Shown piece after piece: positions 10,210 through 19,400 of a stretch of 64,000 nucleotides of DNA. The notes beneath the pieces are model-generated. The model was not told the DNA's origin. It was given only the letters and a program-made list of their open reading frames with translations, and searched no databases. Both the position numbers and the translations under genes were made by a program. Numbering within the stretch: position 1 is the first letter of the stretch; the number at the start of each line of letters is the position of its first letter. The stretch spans positions 9,196 through 73,195 of the forward strand of contig JAGLOO010000064.1 of the NCBI GenBank assembly GCA_023138875.1, in the 5' to 3' direction. The stretch comes from Bacteroidales bacterium. Lineage in GTDB: Bacteria > Bacteroidota > Bacteroidia > Bacteroidales > GCA-2748055.

Positions 10210-11265
10210 TTAATCATCTTTGATAGATTCAGTTTTGTTTACCAGGTTGACTTTTGAATCCTTTCTCAAATACCTGGCCCCGTCGATAATAACCATCTGT
10301 CCTTCTTCGAGTCCTTCCATTACAACGATGGCATCATCCAGGATCAAGCCTGTCCTGATTCTTTTTTTGATGGCTTTCCCTTCCTCATAAATATAGACCA
10401 CGGCTGCACGGTCACTGGCATCAAGGAGCGCCTCAATGGGAATCATCATGGACCGGTTCGTTCCGGAAGGGTAGATCTGAACACGGGAAATAAAACCGGT
10501 CCTGAATTGTGGCAGTGCCACGGGTATCCTGAGCTCAGCCTCATAGGTTCCTGTGACCGGATCGGCTACTGTCCCCAGTTCCGTAACCTCAGCCCATAAA
10601 ACCGTTCCGGGAAATGCATCCATGGTGATCCTGGCTGAATCCCCGATGGTTATTTTTACGATATCCTTATCGGTCAAAGCCGACCGCACCACCCAATCAT
10701 TTTCAGTGGAAGCAAATAGAATGGCCGGATAACCTGAGGCAATCATTTCATTGGTTTCCACAACAATTTTTTGGATTTTCCCATCAGAAGGAGCTTTTAT
10801 CTGCGAATGCAACAGGTTAAAGTCAGCAATCTGTTTCTGCGCTTTCGCCAGTTCAAAAGCTGACCTGGCATTCTGGTATTGCTCCAGTGTGGCCACACTG
10901 TCTGTGTAAAGATTTCCTGCCCGGGTCAGGTCCCTCTGCGACTTCTCAAATCCGATGCGTGCCAGGTTCACCTGGGCACTGACCTCGGACAGGTCCAGAA
11001 CAGCAAGGAGCTGTCCACCCGCAACTGTCTGCCCTTCCTTTACATTGATCTGCTTAATAATCCCCCCCGTCTTGAAACTCAATTTCATCTCAGTCTTGGT
11101 ACTCAGCAATCCGGTAACCCTGACCGGGATCTTATACTCCATCATTTCCACGGGCCGAACGGTTATGTAGACTGTGTCATTTGTGACAGGATTCTTCTGC
11201 TCAGCAGGTTTGCAGCCTGCCAGTAGCAGCAGGAGAGTTGCGATTGAAATGGATCTAAATCTCAT
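10210..11265 (-). CDS. RND periplasmic adaptor (MFP) lipoprotein
   Basis: Lipobox LLAGC; LSFKTGGIIKQINVKEGQTV; IKAPSDGKI; start MRFRS at 11265. Confidence 0.92.
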   Translation of the reverse strand: MRFRSISIATLLLLLAGCKPAEQKNPVTNDTVYITVRPVEMMEYKIPVRVTGLLSTKTEMKLSFKTGGIIKQINVKEGQTVAGGQLLAVLDLSEVSAQVNLARIGFEKSQRDLTRAGNLYTDSVATLEQYQNARSAFELAKAQKQIADFNLLHSQIKAPSDGKIQKIVVETNEMIASGYPAILFASTENDWVVRSALTDKDIVKITIGDSARITMDAFPGTVLWAEVTELGTVADPVTGTYEAELRIPVALPQFRTGFISRVQIYPSGTNRSMMIPIEALLDASDRAAVVYIYEEGKAIKKRIRTGLILDDAIVVMEGLEEGQMVIIDGARYLRKDSKVNLVNKTESIKDD

Positions 11266-11275
11266 TGGATCATAT

Positions 11276-12637
11276 TTAATAGTTTTCCAGGCTATTGGCC
11301 CCCATGGCATATTCAAAATCAGCCAGTTGACTGAAATATTCGCTCTGCGCTATAATCGAATTGGCCACCGCGCCGGTCAGGCTGGTCCGGGCGTCGATAA
11401 GTTCCAGCAACGGGGACTGACCCTCGCTGTATTTCCTATTGATCAGTTCATAGGCCCTTAGGGCAGAGCGTGTTTGCTTCCGGGCCGATTGAACTGATTC
11501 ATAGGCAGCCTGGAGGGCATAGTAGTGACTGATCACTTCCAGTCTGATCTGTTGCTGCGTTTCGGCATACAGCTCCTTCAGCTTCTCTCCTTTAATTCTG
11601 GATTGCTGAACCTTCTGGTGGTTGGCCGATCCCTGGAAGAGGTTCCAGCGCATCACAAGGGAAGCAAGCATAAAATCATCTTCACCGGTAAAACTGTATT
11701 CTTCCCCCTGGAATCCATAATTAACCACCCCGAAAACTCCCGGAATGTTCTTGCCACGATGAAGATCTGTCACATGCCGGTTCAGTTGCCGGTATTGATC
11801 AATCTGCTGTAACTCGTCCCTCTTCTGCAGAGCCATCATGCTGGCTTCTTCCAATGAGACATGAACGGGAACCGGAGGTTCCACCATCAATTCAATTGGG
11901 GAATCCAGCGAACGGTTCAGCAGGAAATTGAAGTAAGCCTTAGAAGTTTCCAGCATATTGCTTGCCTGTGCCCGTTGGACCTCCACCTTGCTAAGTTCTG
12001 AGTCGGATCTGTACACGGCATCAATGGTCACCCTGTCGTTATCAAACAATCGTTGACTAACCCGCAGGTTTTCCTTTACCAGGTAATATGTGGTGTCTGC
12101 CAGACGAACCAGGTTAAATGCTTTCTGGTAGCCATAATAAGCTTTGGTTATCTCCTTAATAAGCTCCCGTTTGTAACGGTCAAGATCTATCTTTGATATC
12201 TCAACGTATTGCTTCTGAATCTGATAATTGTGGATGATGTCAGAATTGAAAATGGGTTGTACCAGAGACACTTTGGTTTCATGCTCCCTCGGTCGAAAGA
12301 AAGAAAACTCCTGATTTTCGATTTGGGGAAACATGTCTGAAGCAGTTAAGTAATTAAGGGTTGAGTATACAGGATTCAACATGTCTCCCACCGGAAACTC
12401 GATGGTCCTTCCTCCCCGTGCAACTGTATACCGCGCATTCAGACTTACATCCGGAAAGAACAATCCCCTGGCACCCTTCAGGGCTGAAAGATTACTGGCA
12501 TAATCCAGCTGCTTTTGCTTCAGCCCATGGTTGGCTTGGAGCCCTTCTCCGATATATGCCTCAAGGATAGGATTCTGCGCGGCTATAATACCTGTGGAGA
12601 TAAAACAAACCAGGATGATTGAAAGGAATCGCATCAT
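11276..12637 (-). CDS. TolC-family outer membrane efflux protein
   Basis: OEP repeats, YSEGQSPLLELIDAR; start overlaps the TetR stop (ATGA). Confidence 0.92.
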   Translation of the reverse strand: MMRFLSIILVCFISTGIIAAQNPILEAYIGEGLQANHGLKQKQLDYASNLSALKGARGLFFPDVSLNARYTVARGGRTIEFPVGDMLNPVYSTLNYLTASDMFPQIENQEFSFFRPREHETKVSLVQPIFNSDIIHNYQIQKQYVEISKIDLDRYKRELIKEITKAYYGYQKAFNLVRLADTTYYLVKENLRVSQRLFDNDRVTIDAVYRSDSELSKVEVQRAQASNMLETSKAYFNFLLNRSLDSPIELMVEPPVPVHVSLEEASMMALQKRDELQQIDQYRQLNRHVTDLHRGKNIPGVFGVVNYGFQGEEYSFTGEDDFMLASLVMRWNLFQGSANHQKVQQSRIKGEKLKELYAETQQQIRLEVISHYYALQAAYESVQSARKQTRSALRAYELINRKYSEGQSPLLELIDARTSLTGAVANSIIAQSEYFSQLADFEYAMGANSLENY

Positions 12638-13266
12638 GACTTTATTCCATTGATTACCAGTTCGAAATGACTCTCGTATACACTTGAGGGAGAGAGATCC
12701 AGCATCTCTAAAAAAGCTGGTTTCATGGTTACAAACTGCACTATACTTAGAAATTGCATCCACAGGGTATGGGCAATGACCGTAGGTGGAATATCGTCCC
12801 TGATCAATTGCTCCCTGACACCCTGTTCTACGATCTGAACAACCATTCCCACGGGTGAATCCCTGTAGATCACTTCTTTGATCTCCCGGGCACTCAAACT
12901 GACCTGTAGCAGTTCAAAACCTTCCAGGAACATGATGGACTTCATCTGGTTAGGGTAATTGTTTGAGAATTCGATACATGCACGGCCCATGCTCAGCAGC
13001 TTCTCCAGGGCATTCTCTTTCATCGTTTTGATACCCTCTGTTACGGAATTCAAAAGCAATATAGCTTTGTGGGCAACGGCAAGGCGCAGATCCTCTTTGC
13101 TTTTAAAATAGAGATAGAGCGTCCCTTTGCTTAGTTCAGCCAGTTCAGCGATATCATCCATGGTGGATCTGTCAAATCCTTTTGAGAAGAATACCTTCTC
13201 TGCTGCCTGAATGATCTTCTCCTTACGTTGCTGTTTCTCTCGCTCCTTCCTTTCCTGGATTCCCAT
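12634..13266 (-). CDS. TetR/AcrR family regulator
   Basis: TMDDIAELAELSKGTLYLYFKSKEDL HTH; first gene of efflux operon. Confidence 0.95.
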   Translation of the reverse strand: MGIQERKEREKQQRKEKIIQAAEKVFFSKGFDRSTMDDIAELAELSKGTLYLYFKSKEDLRLAVAHKAILLLNSVTEGIKTMKENALEKLLSMGRACIEFSNNYPNQMKSIMFLEGFELLQVSLSAREIKEVIYRDSPVGMVVQIVEQGVREQLIRDDIPPTVIAHTLWMQFLSIVQFVTMKPAFLEMLDLSPSSVYESHFELVINGIKS

Positions 13267-13314
13267 GACTTAAAGTTAGATACTGACTATTAGTTATAAA
13301 TTATAACAAAGTTA
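13266..13314 (-). promoter_or_regulatory. Promoter -7 element and two putative TetR operators
   Basis: TAACTTTG on minus strand (13307-13314); near-palindromes TGACT-N3-AGTTA at 13266-13278 and 13284-13296. Confidence 0.6.
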
Positions 13315-13398
13315 ACCTTTCTCTTTAATCAAAAAAATTAAAAGGAAACTTTATAAGCGTTGTGGTAAGAAAAATCGCGGTAAAAAAAAGGACGGCTG

Positions 13399-13463
13399 CT
13401 ATAATTCGAAAGTAACAGTCTCTGACAGCGGTTTTCGCTTCTCGCCATGCTGTCTGGGCTCAG
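13399..13463 (-). repeat. Displaced copy of the nitroreductase 3' end
   Basis: 13419-13463 matches 14800-14844 at 38/45 nt; reads HGEKRKPLSETVTFEL* versus HGEKRKPLSEILSYGLPA*. Confidence 0.85.
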
Positions 13464-13718
13464 TCTGTGTTCAGTCTGGGTTTAGAACCGGAACGGTGTT
13501 GAAAAACACCATCCCCTTTTTGTGAAAATACGATATAACAACTTTGTGACATTTGCTAATTCGCGTAGCTCATATCGAAAAAAAGCATTCGAAAACAGAG
13601 AAGCGAAAGCATAAGCCACAACTGAGTTTCCGGGCTATATCTAAAATATGGACAACGATATTCCATTTTCTAGCACATTAAAGGATATCACATACCTGTT
13701 ACATCCAAATTTTCAAAA

Positions 13719-14771
13719 ATGGATACTACTTTTATTTTTGGTCAGATAGCATCGGGAGAGTATTTTACAGGAAGAGAATGGTTTACAGAACGACTTGTAT
13801 CGAAACTTACCTCGCATAAAAACATTATCCTGATATCTCCACGCGGGTGGGGCAAATCATCCCTTGTCAACAGGGTTGGCAGCATCATAACAGACCAAAA
13901 TTACAACTATCGAACTTGTTATATTGATTTACAATCCGTTCATTCAGAAGAAGCATTTCTAGAAACATTCATGTGTGAATTATCTGCCATTAATGCACCG
14001 ATTTTGCCGACAAGATACACCCAAAAACAGCAAAGAGATGATATTCTGAATCTCCCTGAATATACCGCAATAAGAGATCGTATAAAACTCATTGTATTTA
14101 TTGGTAATATTCAGAAGATTGCGCGTTTTAAGAATTCACTTCAGTTCCAACAGAAATTAAGATTAGTCTGGAGACAACATAACCATTGCACGTATTGTTT
14201 ATACGGCATTAACCAGCTGGTTACCAGGTATTTATTAGACACTCCGCGCAAGCCTTTCCAAACAATGGGCCAAATCTTCAACATGCCAAGGATTCAATTT
14301 AATGAGTTGATCATATTCATTCAAAACCGTTTCGAAATTACCGGGAAGCAGATTTCTGAAAAGGTTGCTGCTGTTATCACTCTTAAAGCAAATTGTTTAC
14401 CATACTATGTTCAGTTATTGGCCTGGCATTCCTGGATCAGGACCAAAAGCACTTGTAATCACCAAATTGTTGAAGAGGCGATCGAACATCTCACACTTCA
14501 ATTCAGCTTGCAATATCAGACTTTAACTGATAGTCTGACAACGAAGCAGCTCTCCTATTTAAAAGCGCTATTGAGTATTGGTGAAAAGATATGCTCCCGC
14601 GATAATTTACAGAAATACAATCTTGGAACATCAGCCAATGTTGCAAGGCTCAGAAATAGTTTGAAAAACAAAGAAATTATTGAAACTGTTTTGAAAGAAA
14701 CAATCCTACTCGATCCATTTTACAGTTACTGGCTCCAGGAATACTATTTCAGATTCAACTATCAGAATTGA
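13719..14771 (+). CDS. P-loop ATPase (archaeal-ATPase/AAA-like with C-terminal winged helix), degenerate motifs
   Basis: FTGRE, SPRGWGKSS Walker A, PYYVQLLA, DPFYSYWL; Walker B reads VFIGNIQ; visibly AT-richer than flanks. Confidence 0.75.
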   Translation: MDTTFIFGQIASGEYFTGREWFTERLVSKLTSHKNIILISPRGWGKSSLVNRVGSIITDQNYNYRTCYIDLQSVHSEEAFLETFMCELSAINAPILPTRYTQKQQRDDILNLPEYTAIRDRIKLIVFIGNIQKIARFKNSLQFQQKLRLVWRQHNHCTYCLYGINQLVTRYLLDTPRKPFQTMGQIFNMPRIQFNELIIFIQNRFEITGKQISEKVAAVITLKANCLPYYVQLLAWHSWIRTKSTCNHQIVEEAIEHLTLQFSLQYQTLTDSLTTKQLSYLKALLSIGEKICSRDNLQKYNLGTSANVARLRNSLKNKEIIETVLKETILLDPFYSYWLQEYYFRFNYQN

Positions 14772-14773
14772 GT

Positions 14774-15301
14774 CTATGCAGGCAATCCATAACTCAATAT
14801 CTCTGACAGCGGCTTTCGTTTCTCGCCATGTCGTCCGGGATCGGCGGAATCCAGGGGGTAGCCCACCGGCAACAGAACCATTGGCTCCATATGATCGGGA
14901 AGCTGAAGTAGCGCCCGGATTTTCGCCACATTAAAATTGCAGATCCAGCAGGTGGCCAGCTCCAGTTCGGTGGCCTTCAGGGTCATGTGATCGGTGGTAA
15001 TGGCTACATCGATATCACAATGGTCCTTCCCGTCCTCCTTCCTCTTCCATGCCTGGTTGTGGTCACCACAAATGACAATCACACAGGGTGCGGTTGTGAA
15101 CCATTCGCGGTGGTATACCTGATATAGTTTCGCAAGGTCATCGGCAGACTGGATCACATAAAAGTGCCAGGGTTGGAAATTCACTGCTGACGGAGCGATC
15201 CGTCCGGCTTCCAGGATCATCTCCAGCTTTTCGGCCTCAACCGGACGGGGATCATACTTCCGGCAGGAATACCGCCTTTTTGCAAGTTCAAGAAAACTCA
15301 T
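14774..15301 (-). CDS. Nitroreductase family protein
   Basis: RRYSCRKY, APSAVNFQPWHF, TCWICNF; start MSFLEL at 15301. Confidence 0.92.
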   Translation of the reverse strand: MSFLELAKRRYSCRKYDPRPVEAEKLEMILEAGRIAPSAVNFQPWHFYVIQSADDLAKLYQVYHREWFTTAPCVIVICGDHNQAWKRKEDGKDHCDIDVAITTDHMTLKATELELATCWICNFNVAKIRALLQLPDHMEPMVLLPVGYPLDSADPGRHGEKRKPLSEILSYGLPA

Positions 15302-15334
15302 GATTTGTTCTGGTTTATATGTTATAACTGTTTG

Positions 15335-15419
15335 TTCGCAGAAGGCTAATGAAATAAGCTGCCTTAGCGTTTTGAGCGTAGCGATAAATGCAGTAGCGAT
15401 TTCAATAGCCTTTCGCGAA
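15335..15419. repeat. Structured intergenic hairpin element, copy A
   Basis: 21-bp arms (18/21 complementary) around AA-GCTGC-CTTA-stem-GAGCGTAGCGA-stem-A-GTAGC-G. Confidence 0.75.
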
Positions 15420-15428
15420 TCTGTTCTT

Positions 15429-15461
15429 AAAAAACCCCGGCCAAAAAAAATGGACCGGGGT
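15429..15461 (-). terminator. Rho-independent terminator of sugar porter
   Basis: ACCCCGG(T)CCA/TGGCCGGGGT stem followed by a T-run on minus strand, ~10 bp after stop. Confidence 0.75.
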
Positions 15462-15471
15462 AAATGAGACA

Positions 15472-16911
15472 TTATTTTGTAAGCTCCCTGGGCTTCTTGC
15501 CCTGCCTCCAGTGCTCCTCGATCTTCTCAAGGCTAACACCTTTGGTTTCCGGGATATAGAAATAACCCCAAACCAGTCCGATCAGTGCAACAGCTGCAAA
15601 GATCCAGAATACACTACCAATACAGTTGGGGCAAATATCGGACAGATCCTGTCCTTCAGGAACAACAACATCTTTTACATTACCAATGGCACTTGCCATT
15701 TTATAGAATGTCCATACAACAAGTGTATTGAAGCCCCAGTTTGACAATGAACCAATGGAAGCACCCAGTCCACGAACCCTGGTTGGGAATACCTCAGTAA
15801 TGATTAACCAGCCCAATGGCCCGAGGCTTATCGCAAAGAAAGCAATATACACCAGCATTGAAATAACCAGGAACCATTTACCAGCTCCCGGAAGCATGAA
15901 ACCAAGACCCATGCATACCAATGCAACAGCGATACCAGACAGGCCAATAAAATAGAGTTTTCTTCTGCCCAGTCTGTCAATTATAAACAGAGAAATAATT
16001 GTGAAAAGTACATTCACCGCTCCAACAATCACAGATGCAGCAATGGCTGCTTCAGCACCTTCAAATCCTGCTGCCAGGAAGATCTTCGGACTATAATAGA
16101 TTACGGTATTGATCCCAACAAACTGCTGGAAGAACATGATACCTACGGCAATGATCAGCGCATTTCTAAGCCATGGTTTAAAGATCTCTTTCCAGCTTGC
16201 CTGGCTTGCATCGATAGCGATATCGCTCTTCATCCCAGCAATGGACTTGTCGATAAATTCCGGGTCTTCAATTCTATCCAGTACTTTTCGGGCCTCATCT
16301 TCGCGTCCTTTACTCATCAACCAACGTGGCGTTTCAGGCAGGAAGAACATTCCAATGAATAATACAAGTGCAGGAATGACCCCAACCCACAGCATAGGGC
16401 GCCAGCACTCCAGATTGTTGTTGTCAGCAAGTGCATTGTCACTGAGGTAGGCAGTAAGAATCCCTACTGTAATCAGCAATTGGAACATGGATACCAGGGT
16501 TCCCCTTATTTTTGTTGGCGAGATCTCTGATATATACAATGGAACAGCAAAAGATGAAACACCGATAGCCAGTCCAAGATAAAAACGAGAAATCATTAGT
16601 TGAGTTACAGATGGTGCAAAGCCTGTCCAGACTGCTCCTGTAGCAAAGACAAAAGCAGATGCCAGGATCACTTTCTTCCGTCCCAGGTAATCAGAAATGG
16701 CTCCTGTGGATAAAGCTCCAACAACAGCACCAATAAGTCCCAGGGCTGTTACACTCTCAATCTGTGAATCTGTTAATTCAAAATAATCCTGTAAAAATGG
16801 GATCGCACCGGAAATTACACCCGTATCAAAGCCGAACAGGAGTCCTCCAGTAGCCGCAATACTTGCGATCACGATAACGACGCTCTTTTTGCTTTTGTTC
16901 TTTGCACTCAT
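15472..16911 (-). CDS. MFS sugar porter (GalP/XylE-like)
   Basis: GGLLFGFDTGVISGA, DYLGRKK, PETPRWL, QQFVGINTVIYY, PETKG. Confidence 0.95.
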   Translation of the reverse strand: MSAKNKSKKSVVIVIASIAATGGLLFGFDTGVISGAIPFLQDYFELTDSQIESVTALGLIGAVVGALSTGAISDYLGRKKVILASAFVFATGAVWTGFAPSVTQLMISRFYLGLAIGVSSFAVPLYISEISPTKIRGTLVSMFQLLITVGILTAYLSDNALADNNNLECWRPMLWVGVIPALVLFIGMFFLPETPRWLMSKGREDEARKVLDRIEDPEFIDKSIAGMKSDIAIDASQASWKEIFKPWLRNALIIAVGIMFFQQFVGINTVIYYSPKIFLAAGFEGAEAAIAASVIVGAVNVLFTIISLFIIDRLGRRKLYFIGLSGIAVALVCMGLGFMLPGAGKWFLVISMLVYIAFFAISLGPLGWLIITEVFPTRVRGLGASIGSLSNWGFNTLVVWTFYKMASAIGNVKDVVVPEGQDLSDICPNCIGSVFWIFAAVALIGLVWGYFYIPETKGVSLEKIEEHWRQGKKPRELTK

Positions 16912-17020
16912 AATTATATTTGATTTTTTGATTTTGAAAAACAATAAATATACTGACTTTCATTTAGGATATATCTAAAGTCGCCTTTTTATACTCATTC
17001 TATTTATTTGAATTCCTGAA

Positions 17021-17372
17021 CAGAAAATTCAATTAGTAAGCGCAACGATTAAAGATCAAAGGTAATCGGACTAGTCCGATAATGGCACTGAATTCGCTAT
17101 GCATAAGTACATTGCTGAAAAACTGGAAGCGGAATTCTACTTCGCTCATCCATACTCCTCATGGGAAAGAGGCCTGAATGAGTACACAAATAGGCTCATT
17201 AGCAATATATTCCTAAAAAAACGGACTTCAATGATGTTAATGACAATCAAATCAGAGATATAACAATGAAACTGAACAGCAGGCCAAGGAAAAAATTAGA
17301 CTTTAATTCACCAGGAAGTATTTTTTTGAATAGTTTTAACTTAGAAGTTGCACTTGCCTCTTGAATTTTCTG
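17021..17372 (+). mobile_element. Internally deleted IS30-family element (352 bp, MITE-like)
   Basis: 26-bp terminal IRs 17021-17046 and 17347-17372 (21/26 match), AA on both flanks; interior encodes frameshifted IS30 transposase tail DNGTEF...FAHPYSSWERGLNEYTNRLI/QYIPK...LNSRPRKKLDF. Confidence 0.9.
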
Positions 17373-17462
17373 AACATTGGTCAGAATTGGCTAAGTTTTG
17401 AAATACGCAGAATTTTCTTATATTGCATTTACAGCAGAATTATTGACTAATTCCCTCACCGT

Positions 17463-17840
17463 ATGAAGATAAAATACGAACTTGAGTATACAATCAACAC
17501 ATCCCCCAATATTTTATACAACAGGCTGAGCACCCCGGAAGGGCTTTCAGAATGGTTTGCCGATAACGTGAATCTCAATAAGGGGAAATATACCTTCATC
17601 TGGGAAGGGACCGAGCAGGATGCTTCAATTTTACAGAGGAAGAGCAACAAATTCATCAGGTTTCACTGGGAAGACGATGAAGATGATGATGCCTTCTTCG
17701 AATTCAGGATACATACTGACGAACTCACCGGTGATGTGGCGCTTCTGATCACCGACTTTGCCGAAGAAGATGAAAAAGATGATGCCATCGATCTCTGGGA
17801 TACCCAGATCTCTGAATTAAAACACACCATCGGCCTTTAA
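17463..17840 (+). CDS. START/SRPBCC-like domain protein
   Basis: LSTPEGLSEWFAD, ITDFAEEDE; typical small Bacteroidota START-like protein. Confidence 0.8.
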   Translation: MKIKYELEYTINTSPNILYNRLSTPEGLSEWFADNVNLNKGKYTFIWEGTEQDASILQRKSNKFIRFHWEDDEDDDAFFEFRIHTDELTGDVALLITDFAEEDEKDDAIDLWDTQISELKHTIGL

Positions 17841-17862
17841 CGGCTCCTGTATCAAAATAAGT

Positions 17863-17870
17863 TAACTTTG
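17863..17870 (+). promoter_or_regulatory. Bacteroidota primary-sigma -7 element
   Basis: TAACTTTG matches TAnnTTTG 36 bp before the lptF/G start; similar elements at 30659, 40403, 44402, 55885. Confidence 0.6.
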
Positions 17871-17906
17871 TCTTCGTTGAATTTATAAGTACGAATAGGA
17901 AGTGGT

Positions 17907-19400
17907 GTGAAAAAGCTTCATCAACTGGTCATAAAATCTTTTATTGGTCCGCTTATCCTGACATTCTTTTTCGTTGTTTTTGTACTTCTGATGCAGTTCC
18001 TGTGGAAGTATATCGATGATTTGATCGGGAAAGGGCTCGAGTTCAATATTATTGCTGAATTCATGCTTTATACCACTGCAACACTGGTACCCCTTGCCAT
18101 GCCGCTGGCGGTTTTACTGGCCAGTCTGATGACCTTCGGAAATCTGGCCGAAAACCTTGAGTTACTGGCATTTAAATCCTCAGGGATCTCCCTGGTCAGG
18201 ATCATGGCCCCGGTCATGATCATCTCCCTGGTGATCTCCATGGGGGCATTCCTCTTCTCCAATCATGTGCTTCCTTTTTCCAATCTGAAAATGCGTTCAC
18301 TGCTTTATGATATTCAGCAGCAGCGACCCGAACTAACCATCAAACCGGGGGTGTTTGACAACACCCTGGAGGGATATTCCATTCGAATTGGAGATAAAGA
18401 CAACAAAACAAACCTGTTAAGAAATATCTGGATTTATGACCATACCGATAAACAGGGGAATGTGAGTGTGACCATTGCAGATTCGGGGTACATGAAAATG
18501 TCTGCCGATGAAAAGCATCTCCAGCTTACCCTTTACAATGGGAAATCATACAGAGAACTTCAAAAGCAAAAAAAAGATGAACGGCATATCAAGAGTTATC
18601 CCCATCGCAGGGAAAACTTTGAATACCAGGAAATGATCATTGAAATGACAGGGTTCGGCCTCAACAGAAGCGATGAAAAACTCTTCAAAAACTCGTACTC
18701 CATGCTGAACCTGTCCCAGTTGCAACATTTTGATGATTCCCTTACAGAGGATATTGATTTGCTCCTGGATAAACTCAATACCACCATTACAAAAACCCTC
18801 AAAGGAAAGCCGAAGGGTATATTGATGAACAAATCCTCCTTTCATCCTGATTCATTAAAAGAAACTCTTGAAACCAGAGAGTTGCGGATCCAAGCGATCC
18901 ATGTAGACTCTGCATATGCTGAATTAAGCAAGCTGGAAAGGAGAAGGGCCATCAGCCAGTCCATCAAATTCGCCCGTAGCAACAAATCTGTAACCACCTC
19001 CAATGTGGGTACAGCCGATTGGAGATACGCACGTCTTAGAAGGTACCAGATTGAGATCCATCGAAAGTTCACCCTCTCCATACTTTGCCTGGTCTTCTTT
19101 TTCATCGGTGCCCCCTTGGGCGCCATCATCAGGAAAGGGGGCCTCGGAATGCCTGTAATTGTCAGTGTACTGCTATTCCTGATCTATTATATCCTTTCCA
19201 TGATGGGAGAAAAGTTTGTGCGAGAGAGCATCATTCCTCCTTATATGGGCATGTGGGCTTCCACATTTATTCTGGTTCCGGTCAGCATCTGGCTCACCTA
19301 TAAGGCTGCCAACGATTCGGTCATCATGAACATTGAGACCTATTTTGTCTGGATCAAAAAGCTGAGTCAGTGGATGAAAAAACGCTTCCGCGTATCATGA
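17907..19400 (+). CDS. LPS export permease LptF/LptG family
   Basis: MQFLWKYIDDLIGKGL, EIHRKF, IGAPLGAIIRKGGLGMP; GTG start. Confidence 0.92.
   Translation: MKKLHQLVIKSFIGPLILTFFFVVFVLLMQFLWKYIDDLIGKGLEFNIIAEFMLYTTATLVPLAMPLAVLLASLMTFGNLAENLELLAFKSSGISLVRIMAPVMIISLVISMGAFLFSNHVLPFSNLKMRSLLYDIQQQRPELTIKPGVFDNTLEGYSIRIGDKDNKTNLLRNIWIYDHTDKQGNVSVTIADSGYMKMSADEKHLQLTLYNGKSYRELQKQKKDERHIKSYPHRRENFEYQEMIIEMTGFGLNRSDEKLFKNSYSMLNLSQLQHFDDSLTEDIDLLLDKLNTTITKTLKGKPKGILMNKSSFHPDSLKETLETRELRIQAIHVDSAYAELSKLERRRAISQSIKFARSNKSVTTSNVGTADWRYARLRRYQIEIHRKFTLSILCLVFFFIGAPLGAIIRKGGLGMPVIVSVLLFLIYYILSMMGEKFVRESIIPPYMGMWASTFILVPVSIWLTYKAANDSVIMNIETYFVWIKKLSQWMKKRFRVS

Noticed and set aside
13545-13655. Fourth copy of the hairpin family, or an invertible segment via GAGAAGCGAAA (inverse of 13433-13443)
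   Set aside because: Only an 11-bp match; the conserved bulge layout cannot be fitted and no invertase is nearby.
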